64,000 nt of DNA from positions 2,852,001-2,916,000 of the forward strand of contig OY740827.1 in NCBI GenBank assembly GCA_963514005.1. Direction: 5' to 3'. Positions 36,201-51,020 of this stretch are shown here, one piece after another. A program made the position numbers and the translations under genes. Numbering within the stretch: position 1 is the stretch's first letter; every line of letters starts with the position of its first letter. The stretch comes from Raja brachyura. Lineage: Eukaryota. The notes below the pieces were generated by a model, which was given only the letters and a program-made list of their open reading frames with translations, ran no database searches and was not told where the DNA came from.

Positions 36201-39200
36201 ATAGATCAGCCATGATTGAATGGCGGTGTAGACTTGATGGGCCGAATGGACTAATTCTGCTCCTTTCATTAATGACCTTATGAACTTATCAACTCCATAA
36301 AAAACAATACAAATCTTTCCAACCTCTTTAGTTTAGTTTAGTTTGGAGGTAAAGCAAGGAAATAATCCCTTCGGCCCACCATGTCCGTGCCGACCAGCGA
36401 TCCCGCATACATGCACTATCCCACACACACTAGGGACAATTTACAAATATACCAAGTCAATTAACCTACAAACCTGTACGACATGAGTGCAGGAGGAAAC
36501 CGGAGCACCCGGAGAATACCCACGTAGGTCATGAGGTGAACTTACAAACTCCCGACAGACAAGCACCCGTAGTCAGGATCGAACCCAGCTCTCTGGTGCT
36601 GTGAGGCAGAACTCTACCGTTGAACCACTGTGCCCCCCTTAAAACTCCTTATTGCTAATACTCTCTCATCCAGGCAGCATTCTGCATCCTGACCGCATCC
36701 TTCCTGTAATGTGGTGACCAGAACTGCACACAATGCTTCAAATAACTTTAACTAATCTTCCTCATCTCAGAAGAGGAGAGAGGAAATAGGGGAAAGATGT
36801 TGTCAAGCAGGAAAGGGGACAGAGAAGATTTACGAGGATGTGGCCAGGACTTGAGGCCCTGAGCAATAGGGAGAGGTTGAGCAGGTTGGACTCTTGGAGC
36901 GCTGGAGGATGGAGGATGAGGGGTGGTCTTACAGAGGTGTACACAATCATGAGAGGAAAAGATCAGGTAGACGCACAGAGCCTCTTGCCAACGTAGGTGA
37001 ATCGAGGACCAGAGCACACAGGTTTAAGGTGAAGGGGAAAACATTTAATAGGAATCTATGTGGTGACGTTTTCATACAAAGGGTAGTTGGTGTATGGAAC
37101 GAGCTGGCAGAGGAGGTAGTTGAGGCAGGGTCTATTCCAGTGCTTAAGAAACAGACATGGATAGGTACATGGATAGGACAGGTTAGGAGGGATATGTGCC
37201 AAACGTGGGCAGGTGGGACTAATATAGCTGCGACATGTAGGCTGTTGATAGTAAGTTGAGCCGAAGGGCCTGTTTCCACGCTGGATCACTCTCTTTGACT
37301 ATGACTGGCTCTATAACTATGGCTCGATGAGAAGGCAGAAGAATGGGATTAGGAGGGAAAGATAGCTCTGTCATGAGTGAATAGCCAACTTGGCCATTCG
37401 GCCACCTAATTCTGCTCCTATCACTTATGACCTTATGACATTTTGAGGGACGTGTCAGTGTGTGTCTACTCACATTCTACAGTGAGGGTCACATCCCTCT
37501 CTGCTGTCCCGTGTTCATTCTCCGCCACACACTGATAAACCCCAGCATCCTGATGTGTCAGCTGAGGGAACTCCATCCACAGCTCATTGTTGGAACGTGT
37601 TGTGCTCAGCGTGACACCGAGATGTTCCCACGTCAGGTTAGACGCTGGGAAACTCTGGACGGAGCAGAGGATCGCTGCAGAGTTTCCTTCCTTTGCACTG
37701 ACCCGGGAACTGTTTGCGTCGCCGTGGGAAGTGATTGAGAGATTCCATGGAGCATCTAAATACAAACAAAGGTTTAAATGTGTTCACTCGGCAGAATCCC
37801 ACGCGTCAAACAGGACAATACGGAGAGAAAAGATGAACTACGAATGTAGCCAGCCTGAAGAAGGGTCTGGACCTGAAACGGCACCCATTCCTACTCTCAA
37901 TGGACAATAGAAAATAGGTGTAGGAGTAGGCCATTCGGCCCTTCGAGCCAACCCCGCCATTCAATGTGTTCATGGCAGATCATCCTCAATCAGTACTCCG
38001 TTCCTGCCTTCTCCCCATATCCCCTGACTCTGCTATCTTTAAGAGCCCTATCTAGCTCTCTCTTGAAAGTATCCAGAGAACCGGCCTCCACCGCCCTTTC
38101 TAAGGCAGAGAATTCTACAGACTCACAACCCTCCGTGAGAAAATGTGTTTCCTCGTCTCTGTTCTAGCTGGCATACCCCTTATTCTTAAACTGTGGCCCC
38201 TGGTTCTGGACTCCCCCAACATCGGGAACATGTTTCCTCTCCTTAGCATTTCCAAGCCCCTAATAATGTTATACGTTTCAATAAGATCCTCTCTCATCCT
38301 TCCACATTCCAATGTACAAGCCCAGCCGCTCCATTCTCTCAGCATATGACAGTCCCGCCATCCCGGGAATTAACCTTGTGAATCTACGCTGCACTCTCTC
38401 AATAGCAAGAATGTACTTCCTCAAATTATGGGACCAAACCTGCACACAATACTCCAGGTGTGGTCTCACTAGGGCCCTGTACAACAGCAGAAGGACCTTT
38501 TTGCTCCTATACTCAACTCCTCTTGTTATAAAGGCCAACATGCCATTCACTTTATTCACTGCCTACTGTACCTGCATGCTTACTTTCATAGACTGGTGTA
38601 CAAGGACCCCTCAGATCCCGTTGTACTTCCCCCTTTCCCAAATTGACGCCATTTAGGTAGTAATCTGCCTTCCTGTTTTTGACCCCAAAGTGGATAACCT
38701 CACATTTATCCACATTAAACTTCATCTGCCATGCATCTGCCCACTCCCCCAATCTGTCCAAGTCACCCTGCATTCTTATAGCATCCTCCTCACAGTTCAC
38801 ACTGCCACCCAGCTTTGTGTCATCTGCAAATTTGCTAATGTTACATTGAATCCCTTCATCCAAATCATTGATGTATATTATAAATACCTGCAGTCCCAGT
38901 GCCTTGAGGCCCCCCACTGGTCACTGCCTGCCACTCTTAAATGGACCCGTTAATCCGTACTCCTTGTTTCCTGTCTGCCAACCACTTCTCTATCCATGTC
39001 AGCACTGTACCCCGAATACCATGTGCCATAATTTTGCCCACTATTCTCTAATGTGGAACCTTATCAAATGCTTTCTGAAAGTCCAGGAACAGTACATCCC
39101 CTGGCACTCCCTTGTCCATTTTCCTAGTTACATCCTCAAAAGATTCCTGAAGATTACTCAAACATGATTTCCCCTTCGCAAATCCATGCTGACTCGGAGT

Positions 39201-42200
39201 GATCCTGTTACTGCTATCCAAATGTGCGGCTATTTCATCTTTTAAAATTGACTCCAGCATCTTCCCCACCACCGATGCCAGGCTAACTGGTCTATAATTC
39301 CCTGTTTTCTCTCTCCAGCCTTTCATTAAAAAGTGGGATAACATTAGCTACCTTCAAATCCACAGGAACTGATCTATGGAAAATTGGAAAATTATCACCA
39401 ATGCATCCACGATTTCTCGATCCACTTCCTTAAGTACCCTGGGATGCAGACCATCAGGCCCTGGGGAATTATAAGCCTTCAGTCCCATCAGTCTACCCAA
39501 CACCGTTTCCTGCCTAATGTGAAGTTGCTTCAGTTCCTCCGTCACCCCAGATCCTCTGGCCACTACTATATCAGGAAGATTGTTTGTGTCCTCCTTATTG
39601 AAGACGGATCCACAGTACCTGTTCAACTCGTCTGCCATTTCCTTTTCCCCCATAAAAAAATCACCTTTTTCGGTCTTCAAGTGTCCTACTTTGGTCTTAA
39701 CTATTGTTTTCCCCCTCACATAGCTAAAAAAGCTTTTACTACCCCCCTTTATATTCTTGGCCAGCTTACCTTCGCACCTCATCTTTTCTCCCCGTATTGT
39801 CTTTTTAGTTGTCTTCTGTTGCTCTTTAAACATTACCCAATCCTCTTGCTTCCCGCTATCTTTGCTACGTTGTACTTCTTCTCTTTTATTTTTATACTGT
39901 CCATGACCTCCCTTGTCAGCCACGGTCGCCCCTTGGAATCTTTCTTCCTCCTAGGAATGAACGGATCCTGCTCCTTCTGTATTATTCCTAGAAATAGCTG
40001 CCATTGTTCCTCCACTGTCATCCCTGCTAGGGTATATATCCACTCAACTTTGGCCAGCTCCTCCCTCATGGCCCCATAGTCCCCTTTATTCAACTATAAC
40101 ACTGACACCTCCAATCTACCCTCCTCCCTCTCCAATTGTAGATTAAACATGACCTAACTACCTTCTAATGGCTCATTAACCTCGAGTAAACGTGGTTAAC
40201 TCCAGAGATGCTGCCTGGCCCACTGAGTTACTCCAGCTTGTTGTGTCTATCTTCGGTTTAAACCAGCATCTGCAGTTCCTTCCAACACATTTCGTCTGCT
40301 CCACTGCAAAATCTCCTCGTGGTATGTCTACTTTAAATAAGTTCTCCTCCTCTCTCTGACGAGAGTTAGAGCCATAGAGTGATAGTGTGGAAACAGTCCC
40401 TTCAGCCTAACTTGCCCTCACTAGCCAACATGTCCCAGATACACTAGGCCCACCTGCCCGCATTGGCCCATTTCCCTCCAAACTTGTCATATCCATGTAC
40501 CTGTTAAACAGTTTCTTAAACATTGGGATAGTCCCAGCCTCAACTACCTCCTATGGCATCTCGGTCCATACACCCACTACCCCATGTGTGAAAAAGTCAC
40601 CCCTCATATTCCTATTAAATCCTTTCTCCTTCATCTTGACCCTATGTCATCTAGTCCTCGATTCCCCTAATCTAGGAAAGAGACTCTGTACATCTACTCG
40701 ATCTATTCCTCTCAAGATCTTTTCATCACCTCAAAAAGATCACTCCTCATCCCCCTGCGCTTCAAGGAATGGACACCCAGCCTATGCAACCTCTCCCTAT
40801 AGCTCTAGTCCTGTCTACATCCTTGTAAAACGTACCTGAACACTTTCAAGCTTGACAAGGCCTTTGCTATAACATGGTGCCCAGAACTGAACACAATATT
40901 CTCCATGCGGCCATACCAATGTCTGATACAACTGCAACGTGACCTCCCATCTTCTAAACTGAATACTCTGACTGACAATGGCCAGTGTGCCAAAAAGAAG
41001 GAGAATGGGGTTAGAAAGGATAAATAGATCAGCCATGAATGGATGGCGGTGTGGGTTTGATGTGCCTAATGGTTAATTATGATCCTATCACTTATGACCT
41101 GATGAACTTGGTAGAAAACAAACCAAATCTTTCCATCCTCTTCGTTAGTGTAGTTTACTTTAGAGATACAGCGCGGAAATGTATTGTGTTCAGTTTTTGT
41201 CCACGCCGACCAGCGATCCCCGCACACGAACACTATCCTACCCACACTGGGGACAATTTACAAACATATGTCAAATAACCTACAAATCTGTAAGAATTTG
41301 GAGTGTGGGCAGAAACCGGAGCACCCGGAGAAAACTCACGCAGACAACACCTGCAGTCAGAATCGAACCCGGCTCTCTGGCGCTGTGAGGCAGCAACTCT
41401 ACCGTTGAACCACTGTGTGCCCCCCTTAAAACTCCTTATTGCTAATACTCTCTAAAGCAGGCAGCATTCTGCACCCTGGCCACATCCTTCCTGTAATGGG
41501 GTGGCTAGAACTGCACAAAATACTTCAAATAACTTTAACTAATCATCCTCAGAAGAGGAGAGAGGAAATATAGGAATAACTGGACTAAGCAGGACCTGTT
41601 GGGTCCCATTCCCACACGGGAGGCCTGGTCCCCGATCACAATATTGCATCTCTCCACCAATTCAAATATTCCACCACTCACGCATCGCCCCTAACTGCAC
41701 AGGCGCAGCTGACGGGTTTTCCATTGTGACGACCCTCATTCCCCCTCCTCCGCTACCCCCCCCCCCCCCACTCTCCACCCCTTGTACTTCCATCCCCCCA
41801 CACACTCACTCCATCCCCCCCCAACCTCCTCCCCATCTGCTCATAGCAGCTCTCCGGCGGCGCAGCCATTGCGTCCCATTGCGTTCGCATTGTGATATTA
41901 AGCAGGTATTATTGAGCAGGTGCAGCTGACGGGCACGGCAAGTGGAAAATGGATTTATTAAAGCTTGAAATGTGAATAATTCTGGAAATATAACAACAAT
42001 TTAAAATTTAAAAAGAAGATTTACCCAGTCCATTCTTTCTTGTTGCATCTCTTGTAGCGTTTCGCAGCCGGGGGAGGGGGTCGGCTTCCGGTGGGGGTTG
42101 TCGTGGGCCGGTGGGGGGGCCAACCTGTAGCCAGGGTGGGGCACGGCTTCAGGCAGAGCTGCTGGGGGCCGCTGGGGCAGTGGGGAGGGTCCTGCTGCTG

Positions 42201-45200
42201 GGGGAGAGGGCAGCTTCAGGCGGTGGCCAGTGGGGGACTTTCTGGAGGGCTCGTATTGGGGTTGTGGGCCGAAGGGACTGGTTTCCAGAGGGCTAATATG
42301 GACATTGTGGGCCGAATATTGGATTCACAGTTCAGTCACTCACGGCTGGTGGACTAACAGTTCACTCGCTCACTGCGGTGGTCTCACAGTTCAGTCACTC
42401 ATGGCTGGTGGACTCACAGTTCACTCACTCGCGGCAGTGGACTCACAGTTCACTCTCCCATGGCTGGTGGACTCACAGTTCCCTCACTCACGGCTGGTGG
42501 ACACAGTTCACTCACTCACGGCGGTGGACTCAGTTCACTTACTAACGGCGGTGGACTCACAGTCCAATCACTCACGGCTGGTGGACTCACAGTTCACTCA
42601 TTGACGGCTGGTGGATTCACAGTTCACTCATTGATGGCTGGTGGACTCACAGTTCACTCACTCACGGCTGGTGGATTCACAGTTCACTCGCTCACGGCTG
42701 GTGGACTCACAGTTCACTCACTCGCGGCTGGTGGACTCACAGTTCACTCACTCACGGCTGGTGGATTCACAGTTCACTCGCTCATGTCTGCTGGACTCAG
42801 TTCACTCAGTCACGACTGGTGTACTCACAGTTCACTCAGTCAATGCTGGTGGACTCACAGTTCACTCAGTCACGGCTGGTGGACTCACAGTTCACTCAGT
42901 CATGGCTGGTGGAATCACAGTTAATTCACGCACGGCTTGTCGACTCAAAGTTCATAGCCATGGCCTGTGGACTCACAGTTCACAGCCATGGCTTGAGGAC
43001 TCACAGTTCACTCAGCCACGGCTTGTGGATTGAGAGTTCACTCAGCCACGGCTTGTGGACCCCGGACTCAGGCTCGACTTCCGGACTCTAGTGCGACTTC
43101 CGGGCACCAACGGGACTTCCGGACTCAGCAAGGCTTGTTGACTCACAGTTCAGTCACTCACGGCTTGTGGACTCACAGTTCAGTCACTCACGGCTTGTGG
43201 ACTCACAGTTCTGCATTCAACTCTCGCTCACGGCTTCAGGGCTGACTGATTTACACCCGGAATCTGGGACTTTATTCTCCTTGCCCCCAGAAGGGGCTTT
43301 ACCTTCATGGTGATTGACAGGCGAGAAGACCAATCTGCTGATTGCTGATCACAATTTTTTAAACCTTCATAACTTTTCTAATATTCCACCAATCGGAATA
43401 AAACTTAAAGCAGAGGAAAACGGTGAGTAAGGTGGTGTAAAAATCCTTGCGATATACGGTACCGTTTTTGTGCACATTTTCAAAAAACGCAGACCGGAAG
43501 TGGTCAGCATGAGAGTTTTAGTAATAGTATAGATGTTGTCAAGCACGAAAGGGTAGAGCGAAGATTTACGTGGATGTACCGTTTACCCGAGGGCCTGAGC
43601 TGTGGGGATAGGTTGAGCTGGCTGGGACTCTATTCCTTGGAGCGCAGGAGGATGAGGGGTATACATATAGAGGTGTATAAAATCATGAGGGGAATAGATC
43701 GGGTAGACGCAGAGTCTCTTGCCCAGAGTAGGTGAATCGAGGACCAGAGGACATGGGTTCAAGGTGAAGGGGAAAAGTTGTTTGGAATCTGAGGGGTAAC
43801 GTTTTCATACAAAGGGTAATTGATCCACGGAACAAGCTGCCAGAGGAGGTAGTTGAGGCTGGGACTATGCCATCATTTAGGAAACAGACAGATACATGGA
43901 TAGGACAGGTTTGGAGGTTTTGGTCCAAACGTGGGCAAGTGGGTCTAATGTAGCTGGGACATGGAGATCATTGAAAGCAAGTTAAGCTGAAAGGCTTGTT
44001 CCCACGCTGGGTCACTCTCTATGACTATACTCTATGGCTCTATTACTCTATGGCTCTATGAGTAGGGAGGTGAATGGGGTTAGGAGGGAGAGATAGATCA
44101 GCCATGATTGAATGGTGGAATTGTAAAGGGCTTGGACACGCTAGAGGCAGGAAACATGTTCTCGTTGTTGGGAGAGTCCAGAACCAGGGGCCACAGTTTA
44201 AGAATGAGGAGTAAGCCATTTAGAACGGAGACGAAGAAACACTTTTTCTCACAGAGAGTGGTGAGTCTGTGGAATTTTCTGCCTCAGAGGGCGGTAGAGG
44301 CCGGTTCTCTGGATGCTTTCAAGAGTGAGCTAGATAGGGCTCTTAAAATAGCGGAGTCAGGGGTTATGGGGAGAAGACAGAAACGGGGTATTGATTGGGG
44401 ATGATCAGCCATGATCACATTGAATGGCGGTGCTGGCTCTTTCAGGGCCAATTGGCCTACGCCTGCACCTATTGTCGATTGTCTAGACTTGGCCATTCAG
44501 CAATCTAATTCTGCTCCTATCACATATGACCTTATGACATTTTGAGGGACATGACACTGTGTGTCTACTCACATTCGACAGTGAGTGTCACATCCCTCTC
44601 TGCCGTCCCGTGTTCATTCTCCGCCACACACTGATAAACCCCAGCATCCTGCCGTGTCAGCTGAGGGAACTCCATCCACAGCTCGTTGTTGGAACGTGTT
44701 GTGTTCAGCGTGACACCAAGATGTCTCCACGTCATGTTAGATGCTGGGAAACTCTGGATGGAGCAGAGGATCGCTGCAGAGTTTCCTTCCTTTACACTGA
44801 CCCAGGAACTGTTTGCGTCGTCATGGAAAGTGATTGAGAGATTCCACGGAGCATCTAAAGACAAACAAAGGTTTAAACGTGTTCGCACGGCAGAATTCCA
44901 TGTGCCAACCAGGACGGGACGGAGAGAAAAGATGAAGTACGGATGTGAATAGTCTGCAGAAGAGTTTCGACTCGAAACGTCACCCATTCCTTCTCTCTAG
45001 AGATGCTGCCTGACCCGTTGCGTATCTCCAGCTCGTTGTGTCTGCCCTTGGTTTAAACGAGCACCTGTGGTTCCTTCCTACATATTTTGTCTGCTCCATT
45101 GTAAATTCTCCTCAAGACATGTCTACTTTGAAGAAGTTCTCCTCCTCTTTCTGACGAGAGTTGGAGTCATAGGGTGATCGTGTGGAACCTGTCCACACTG

Positions 45201-48200
45201 GCCATCATTTCCCAGATACACTAGTGCCATCTGCCCGCATATGGCCCATATACCTCCAATCCTGTCCTATCCATGTACTTGTCTAACTGTTTCTTAAACG
45301 CTGAGATAATCCCTACCTCCTCTGGCAGTTTGTTCCATACACCAACTATCCTTTGTATGAAAAATTCACCCCTCAGATTCCTATTAAATCTTTTCCTCTT
45401 CACATTGAACCTATGTCCTCTGCTCCTTGATTCCACTACTCTAGGCATGAGACTCTGTGCATCTACCCGATCTATTCCCCTCATGATCTATATGCCTCTA
45501 TAAGATCACCCCTCATCCTCCTGCGCTTCAAGGAATAGAGACCCAGCGTACTCAACCTCTCCCTATAGCTCAGACCCTCTAGTCCTGGCAGCATTATCAT
45601 TAATCTTTGAACCATTTCAAGCTTGACAATATCTTTCCTATAACATGGTGCACAGACTTTACACAATATTCTAAATGTGGTCTCGCCAACGTCTTATACA
45701 ACTTCAACATGATCACCTAACTTCTATACTGAATACTCTGACTGATGAAGGCCAGTGTGTCAAAAGCCTTTTTGACCACCCGATCTTCCTGCGACTCGAT
45801 CTTCAAGGAACCTTGCAGCTGCACTCCTAGACCCCACTGCTCTTCATCAGTCCCCAGAGACCTACCATTAACTGTGTAGGTCCTGCTCTTGTTAGATATC
45901 CCAAAATCCAACATTTCACAGTTCTCGTTATTAAACTCCACCAACCATTCCTCAGCTCATCTATCCAATCGATCGAGGTCCTGCTGCAATCTTTCACAAC
46001 AATGCAGTTCTGCCTCATCCTCTCTCCCTGCTCCCCCTCTGTGATGCCTCCTGTTCTCCGACCTTACATTCATTGTTCTTTATCTCTCGACATCATCGTC
46101 TGTATCCATTGTTTACCTTATCCCTAACCAGTCTGAAGAAGGGCCTTGACCCGAAACGTCGCCCGTTCCTTCTCTCCAGAGATGTTGCCTGTCCTGCTGA
46201 GTTAGTTCAGCTTTGTTGTGTCTATCTTCAGTACGAATGTAAGCTGGCCAATAATGTAAAAGAGGACAGCAAGTGTTTCAATGGACATATAACGAGTAAA
46301 AAATAGAGGCAAGAGAGGATGTTGGGCCGCGGGAGAATGATGCAGGAGAAATCAAGGAATGGAAGAGGAATTGAATAACTTTTTTGCATCAGTCCTCACC
46401 GTGGAGGACACCAGCAGTGTGCCTGCAATCCTAGAGAGCCAGGGGTGGAAGTTAGTGGAGTGACGATTACTAAGGAGAAGTTACTGGGAAAACTGAAAGG
46501 TCTGAGAGTGGATAAGTCACCTGGACTGGATGGACTGCACCACCGGGTCCTGAAGGAGATAGCCTCGGAGATTGTGGAGGCATTAGTTGTGATATTTCAA
46601 GAATCACTAGAGTTAGGAGTGGTTCATGAAGATTGGAAATTTGCGAATATCGTCCCGCTGAACAAGAAAAGAGTGAAGCAGAAGAGTGGAAACTATAGGA
46701 CGGTTAGCATGCTACGGTGGTTGGTAAGATTTTTGGTCAATTGTAAAGGAAGAGGTTACGCAGTACTTAGATGTTCACGAGAAAATGGGCCGAAGTCAGC
46801 ATGGTTTTGTGATCTTGCCTGATGAATCTGTTGTAGTTCTTTGTGGAAGTTAATACCAGAACAGACAGAGGTGTGGCTGTGGATTAAAGAAAGCAGTGAA
46901 GAAGGCAAATGGCATGTTGGCCTTCATAGCGAGAGGATTTGAGAAAAGGAGCAAGGTGGTGCTATTGCAGTTGTACAGGGCCCTGGTGAGACCGCACCTG
47001 GAGTATTGTGTGCCGTTTTGGTCACCTAATTTGAGGAAGGACATTCTTGCTATTGTGGGAGGGCAGCGTAGGTACACGAGGTTAATTCCCAGGATGGCGG
47101 GACTGACATATGATGAAATAATGGATCGACTGGGCTTGTATTCCCTGGAATTTAGAAGGATGAGAGAGGATCTTAAAGAAGCATATACAATTCTCAAGGA
47201 TTTGGACAGGCTAGATGCAGGAAAAATGTTCCTGATGTTGGGGGAGTCCAGAACCAGGGCTCACAGTTTAACAAAAAGGGGTAGGCCATTTAGGGGACTG
47301 AGATGAGGAAATACTTTACCCAGAGAGTTGTGAATCTGTGGAAATCTCTGCCACACAAGGCAGCGGAGGCCAATTCACTGGATGTTTTCAAGAGAGAGAT
47401 AGATATAGCTCTTCGGGCTAACGGAATCAAGGGAAATGGGGGGAAAGCAGGAATAGGGTACTGATTTTGGATGATCAACCATGATCATTTTGAATGGCGG
47501 TGCTGGTTGGAAGGGCCGAATGGCCTACTCCTGCACCTATTTTCTACGATTCTTTACATAGACTTTCAGAATGTCTTGAATAAGGTGCCGCACGTCAGGC
47601 TGCTGGGGCAGATGATAACCTATGGTATTAAAGGGAAGATACTGGCATGGATAGCGGATTGGCTGGATTTGCAATAAAGATTTGCAATAAAATGAGCATT
47701 TTCATGCTGCCAGCGAATAGTGAAGTTCCTCAAGGGTCGGTGCTGGGGCCGTCTCTCTTCATGTTGTATATTAATGATTTGGATAAGGGGATTGAAGGCG
47801 TTGTGGCCAGGTTTGCAGATGATACTGAGGTAGGAAGCGTAGAGAAAGCAAGGACTCTGCTGAAGGACTTGGACAGGTTGGGAGAGTGGGCAGAGAAGTA
47901 GCAGATGAAATTCATTATTGCAAAGTGTTGAGTCATGCATTTTGGTATTAAGAGTAAGGCGTAGAGTATTTTCTAAATGGAGAGAGAATCCAGAAATCGG
48001 AGATGCAAAGGGGCTTGGGAGTGCTGGTGCAGGAATCCCAAAAAGTTAATTTGCAATTTGAATGGGCAGTAAGGAAGGCAAATTCAATGCTAGCGTTTAT
48101 ATCAAGAGTGCTAGAATACACAAACAGGGATGTAATGCTGAGGCCCCATAAGGCGCTGGTCAGGCCGCATTTGGAACACTGTGAGCAAATTTGGGCCCCA

Positions 48201-50986
48201 TATCTGAGGAAGGATGTGCTGGCTCTGGAGAGGGTCCAGAGGAGGTTTACAAGAATTATTCCAGGAATGAGTGGGATAGCATATGATGAGCGCTTGACAG
48301 CACTGGGCTTGTGCTCGCTGGAATTTAGATGGTGGGGGGTCATTGAAATTTACAGAATAATTAAAGGCACGTGCATGTTGAAAGGTTGTTTCAACTTGTG
48401 GGAGAGTCTAGCACCATAGCTTCCGAAATAAATGCCCCTCTTTTAGAAATTAGGTGAGAAGGAGCTTCTTTAGTCAGAGGGCAGTTAATCTGTGGAACTC
48501 ATTGCCACAGAGGGTTTTGGAGGCCAAGTTATTGGATATTTTTAAGGCAGAGATAAACAAGTTCTTGATTAGAACAATTGTCAAGGGTTATGGGGAGAAT
48601 GCAGGAAATGGCATTAGGAGGCAGAGAGCCATGATTGCATTGCGGAGTAGACTCGATGGGCCGAATGGCCAAATTCTATTCCTATAACCTGTGATATTCT
48701 AAACTTGAACCACCTGTTTGAAGTCTAAAGGCAATCCTATATCACTTTCTCATTTGGAACAAGATACTATAGGTACAAGGTACAAAGTGCTGCATTAACG
48801 CAGCGGGTCAGGCAGCATCTCTGGAAAAAAGAAATAGGTGGCGTTTCGCGTCAAGACCCTTCTTCAGACTGAGTCGAAGAGCGGGAAATACGAGATATCG
48901 ACGGCACAAATGAAAGATATGTTAAAGCAACGATGATCAATAAAGATGTCGAGCCCACAATGGTCCATAACGAGTAGGTGATAACGAGTTATACAGGAAA
49001 TGAAACTCAAGAGGACAACAGTAAATAAACGATCCTTGTCACCTACCTTGTTCTCCAGGATTGGAGGCATGAGCTACAGGGAGATGTTGGGGCAGGCTGG
49101 GACTCTATTCCTTGGAGGGCAGGCGGATGAGGGGTGATCTTATAGAGGTGATCAAAATTATTGGTAGGAATTAATCGGGTGGACGCAAAAAGTCTCTTGC
49201 CCAGAGCAGGGGAATCGAGGACCAGAGGACTTAGGTTTAAGAGGAGAGGAGAGAAGATTTAATGGAGCCTGAGGGGTAACATTTTTCCACACAAAGGGTG
49301 GTGGGTGTATGGAACAAGCTGCCGGAGGAGGTAGTTGAGGTTGGAGGGATATCGGCCAAACGCAGGCATGTGGGACTAGTGTAGATGGGGCATGTTGGCT
49401 GGTTGACTCTATCTACACCTCACGCTGCCTTGGTAAGGCAGGCAGCATAATCAAGAACGGGTCGTTCCCCAGCCACTCCCTCTTCTCCCCTCTCCCATTG
49501 GGCAAGAGGTACAGAAGTGTGAAAATGCACACCTCCAGATTCAGGGACAGTTTCTTTCCAGCTGTTATCAGGCAACTGAACCATCCTACCGCAACCAGAG
49601 CGCAGTCCTGAATTACTATTGTGCTATCTTTGAAGGGACTTTACTGGATTTTTCTTGCACTAAACGTGATTCCCTTTTCTTGTATGTGTACACAGTGGGT
49701 GACACTATTGTAATCAAGTAGACACAAAAAGCTGCAGCAACTCAGCGGGACAGGCAGCATCTCTGGAGATAAGGAATGGGTGACGTTTCGGTTCGAGACC
49801 TTCTTCAGACTATAGGGAGAGGTTGAGCACGCTAGGTTTAAGATGAGAGGGGAGAAGATTTAATAGATCCTGAGGAGTAACTTTTTAGTGGTGGGTACAT
49901 GGAACGGAGCTGCCGGAGGAGGGAGTTGAGGCTGGGACCATTGCAACGTTTAAAAAATAGTTGAACAGGTAACATGGATAAGACTTGTTTGGATGGATAT
50001 GGGCTGAAGTAGGGCAGGTGGGACTAGTGTAGATGGGGCTCGTTGGCTGGTGTGGGCAAGTTGGGCCGAAGGGCCTGTTTCCGCGCTGCAAGACTCTATG
50101 ACTCCAAAGATGTTGCCTGCCCCACTGAGTTGCTCCAGCACTTTGTGTTTTAAGCAACGTGAGGAGTGACGATACATAGAGGGAGGCTTTGAGGGTTTCT
50201 GGGTAGAAAGCCCAATATGATCCAACAATGTCAGGCAGAGGTCAGACAGGATACATACAGGTGGGGAACACAAAAGATTGTAGATGTGGGCAGCACGGTG
50301 GCGTAGTGGGTAGAGCTGCTGCCTCACAGTGCCAGAGACCCGGGTTCCATCCCGGGTTCGTGCCTGTCTGTACGGAGTTTGCAGGTTCTCCCCGTGACCT
50401 ACGTGGGGTTTCTCAGAGATCTTGAGGATGTGTGTGTGTTTGAGTGAGCGCGTGTGCGTGAGAGAGAGCGTGTGGTTGTGCGATTGTATGTGAGAGAATG
50501 TGTGCGTGCGTACGTGTGTGTGTGCGTGCGCGTGTGTGCGTGTGTGCGTGCGTGTGTGTGTGCGTGGGAGGGTGAATGTGTGTGCGTGATAGATGTGTGT
50601 GAGAGGGAGAACGCGTGTGTGTGTGTGATGGTTTGTGAGAGAATGTGTGTGTGTTTGAGTGCGTGTGTGTGTGCGAGAGAGGGAGATTGTGTGGTTGTGC
50701 GATTGTATGTGAGAGAATTTGTGTGTGTTTGAGTGAATGCGTGTGTGCGTGTGTATGTGTGTGTGTGTGCGAGGGAGGGTGAATGTGTGTGCGTGATAGA
50801 GGGTGTGATAGAGGGTGCGACAGAGAGCATATGTGTGTGATGGTTTGTGAGAGAATGTGTGTGTGTGAGTGGGTGTGTGTGGGAGTGAGTGAGTGTGAGT
50901 GAGATAAGGAGGGCGTGCGTGTGTGTGTGATAGATGGTGTTTATGTGTGAGAGCGAGAATGTGTGTGTGATGGTTTGTGAGAGAAT

Positions 50987-51020
<34 letters not shown>

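Larger units (their letters stand above)
36290..45985. repeat. Intragenic tandem segmental duplication (~36290-40990 and ~41115-45985), each unit carrying one Ig exon
   Basis: Same order of SINE, unique spacer, CR1, Ig exon and downstream flank (40200-40400 vs 44995-45190), with different later insertions. Confidence 0.85.
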
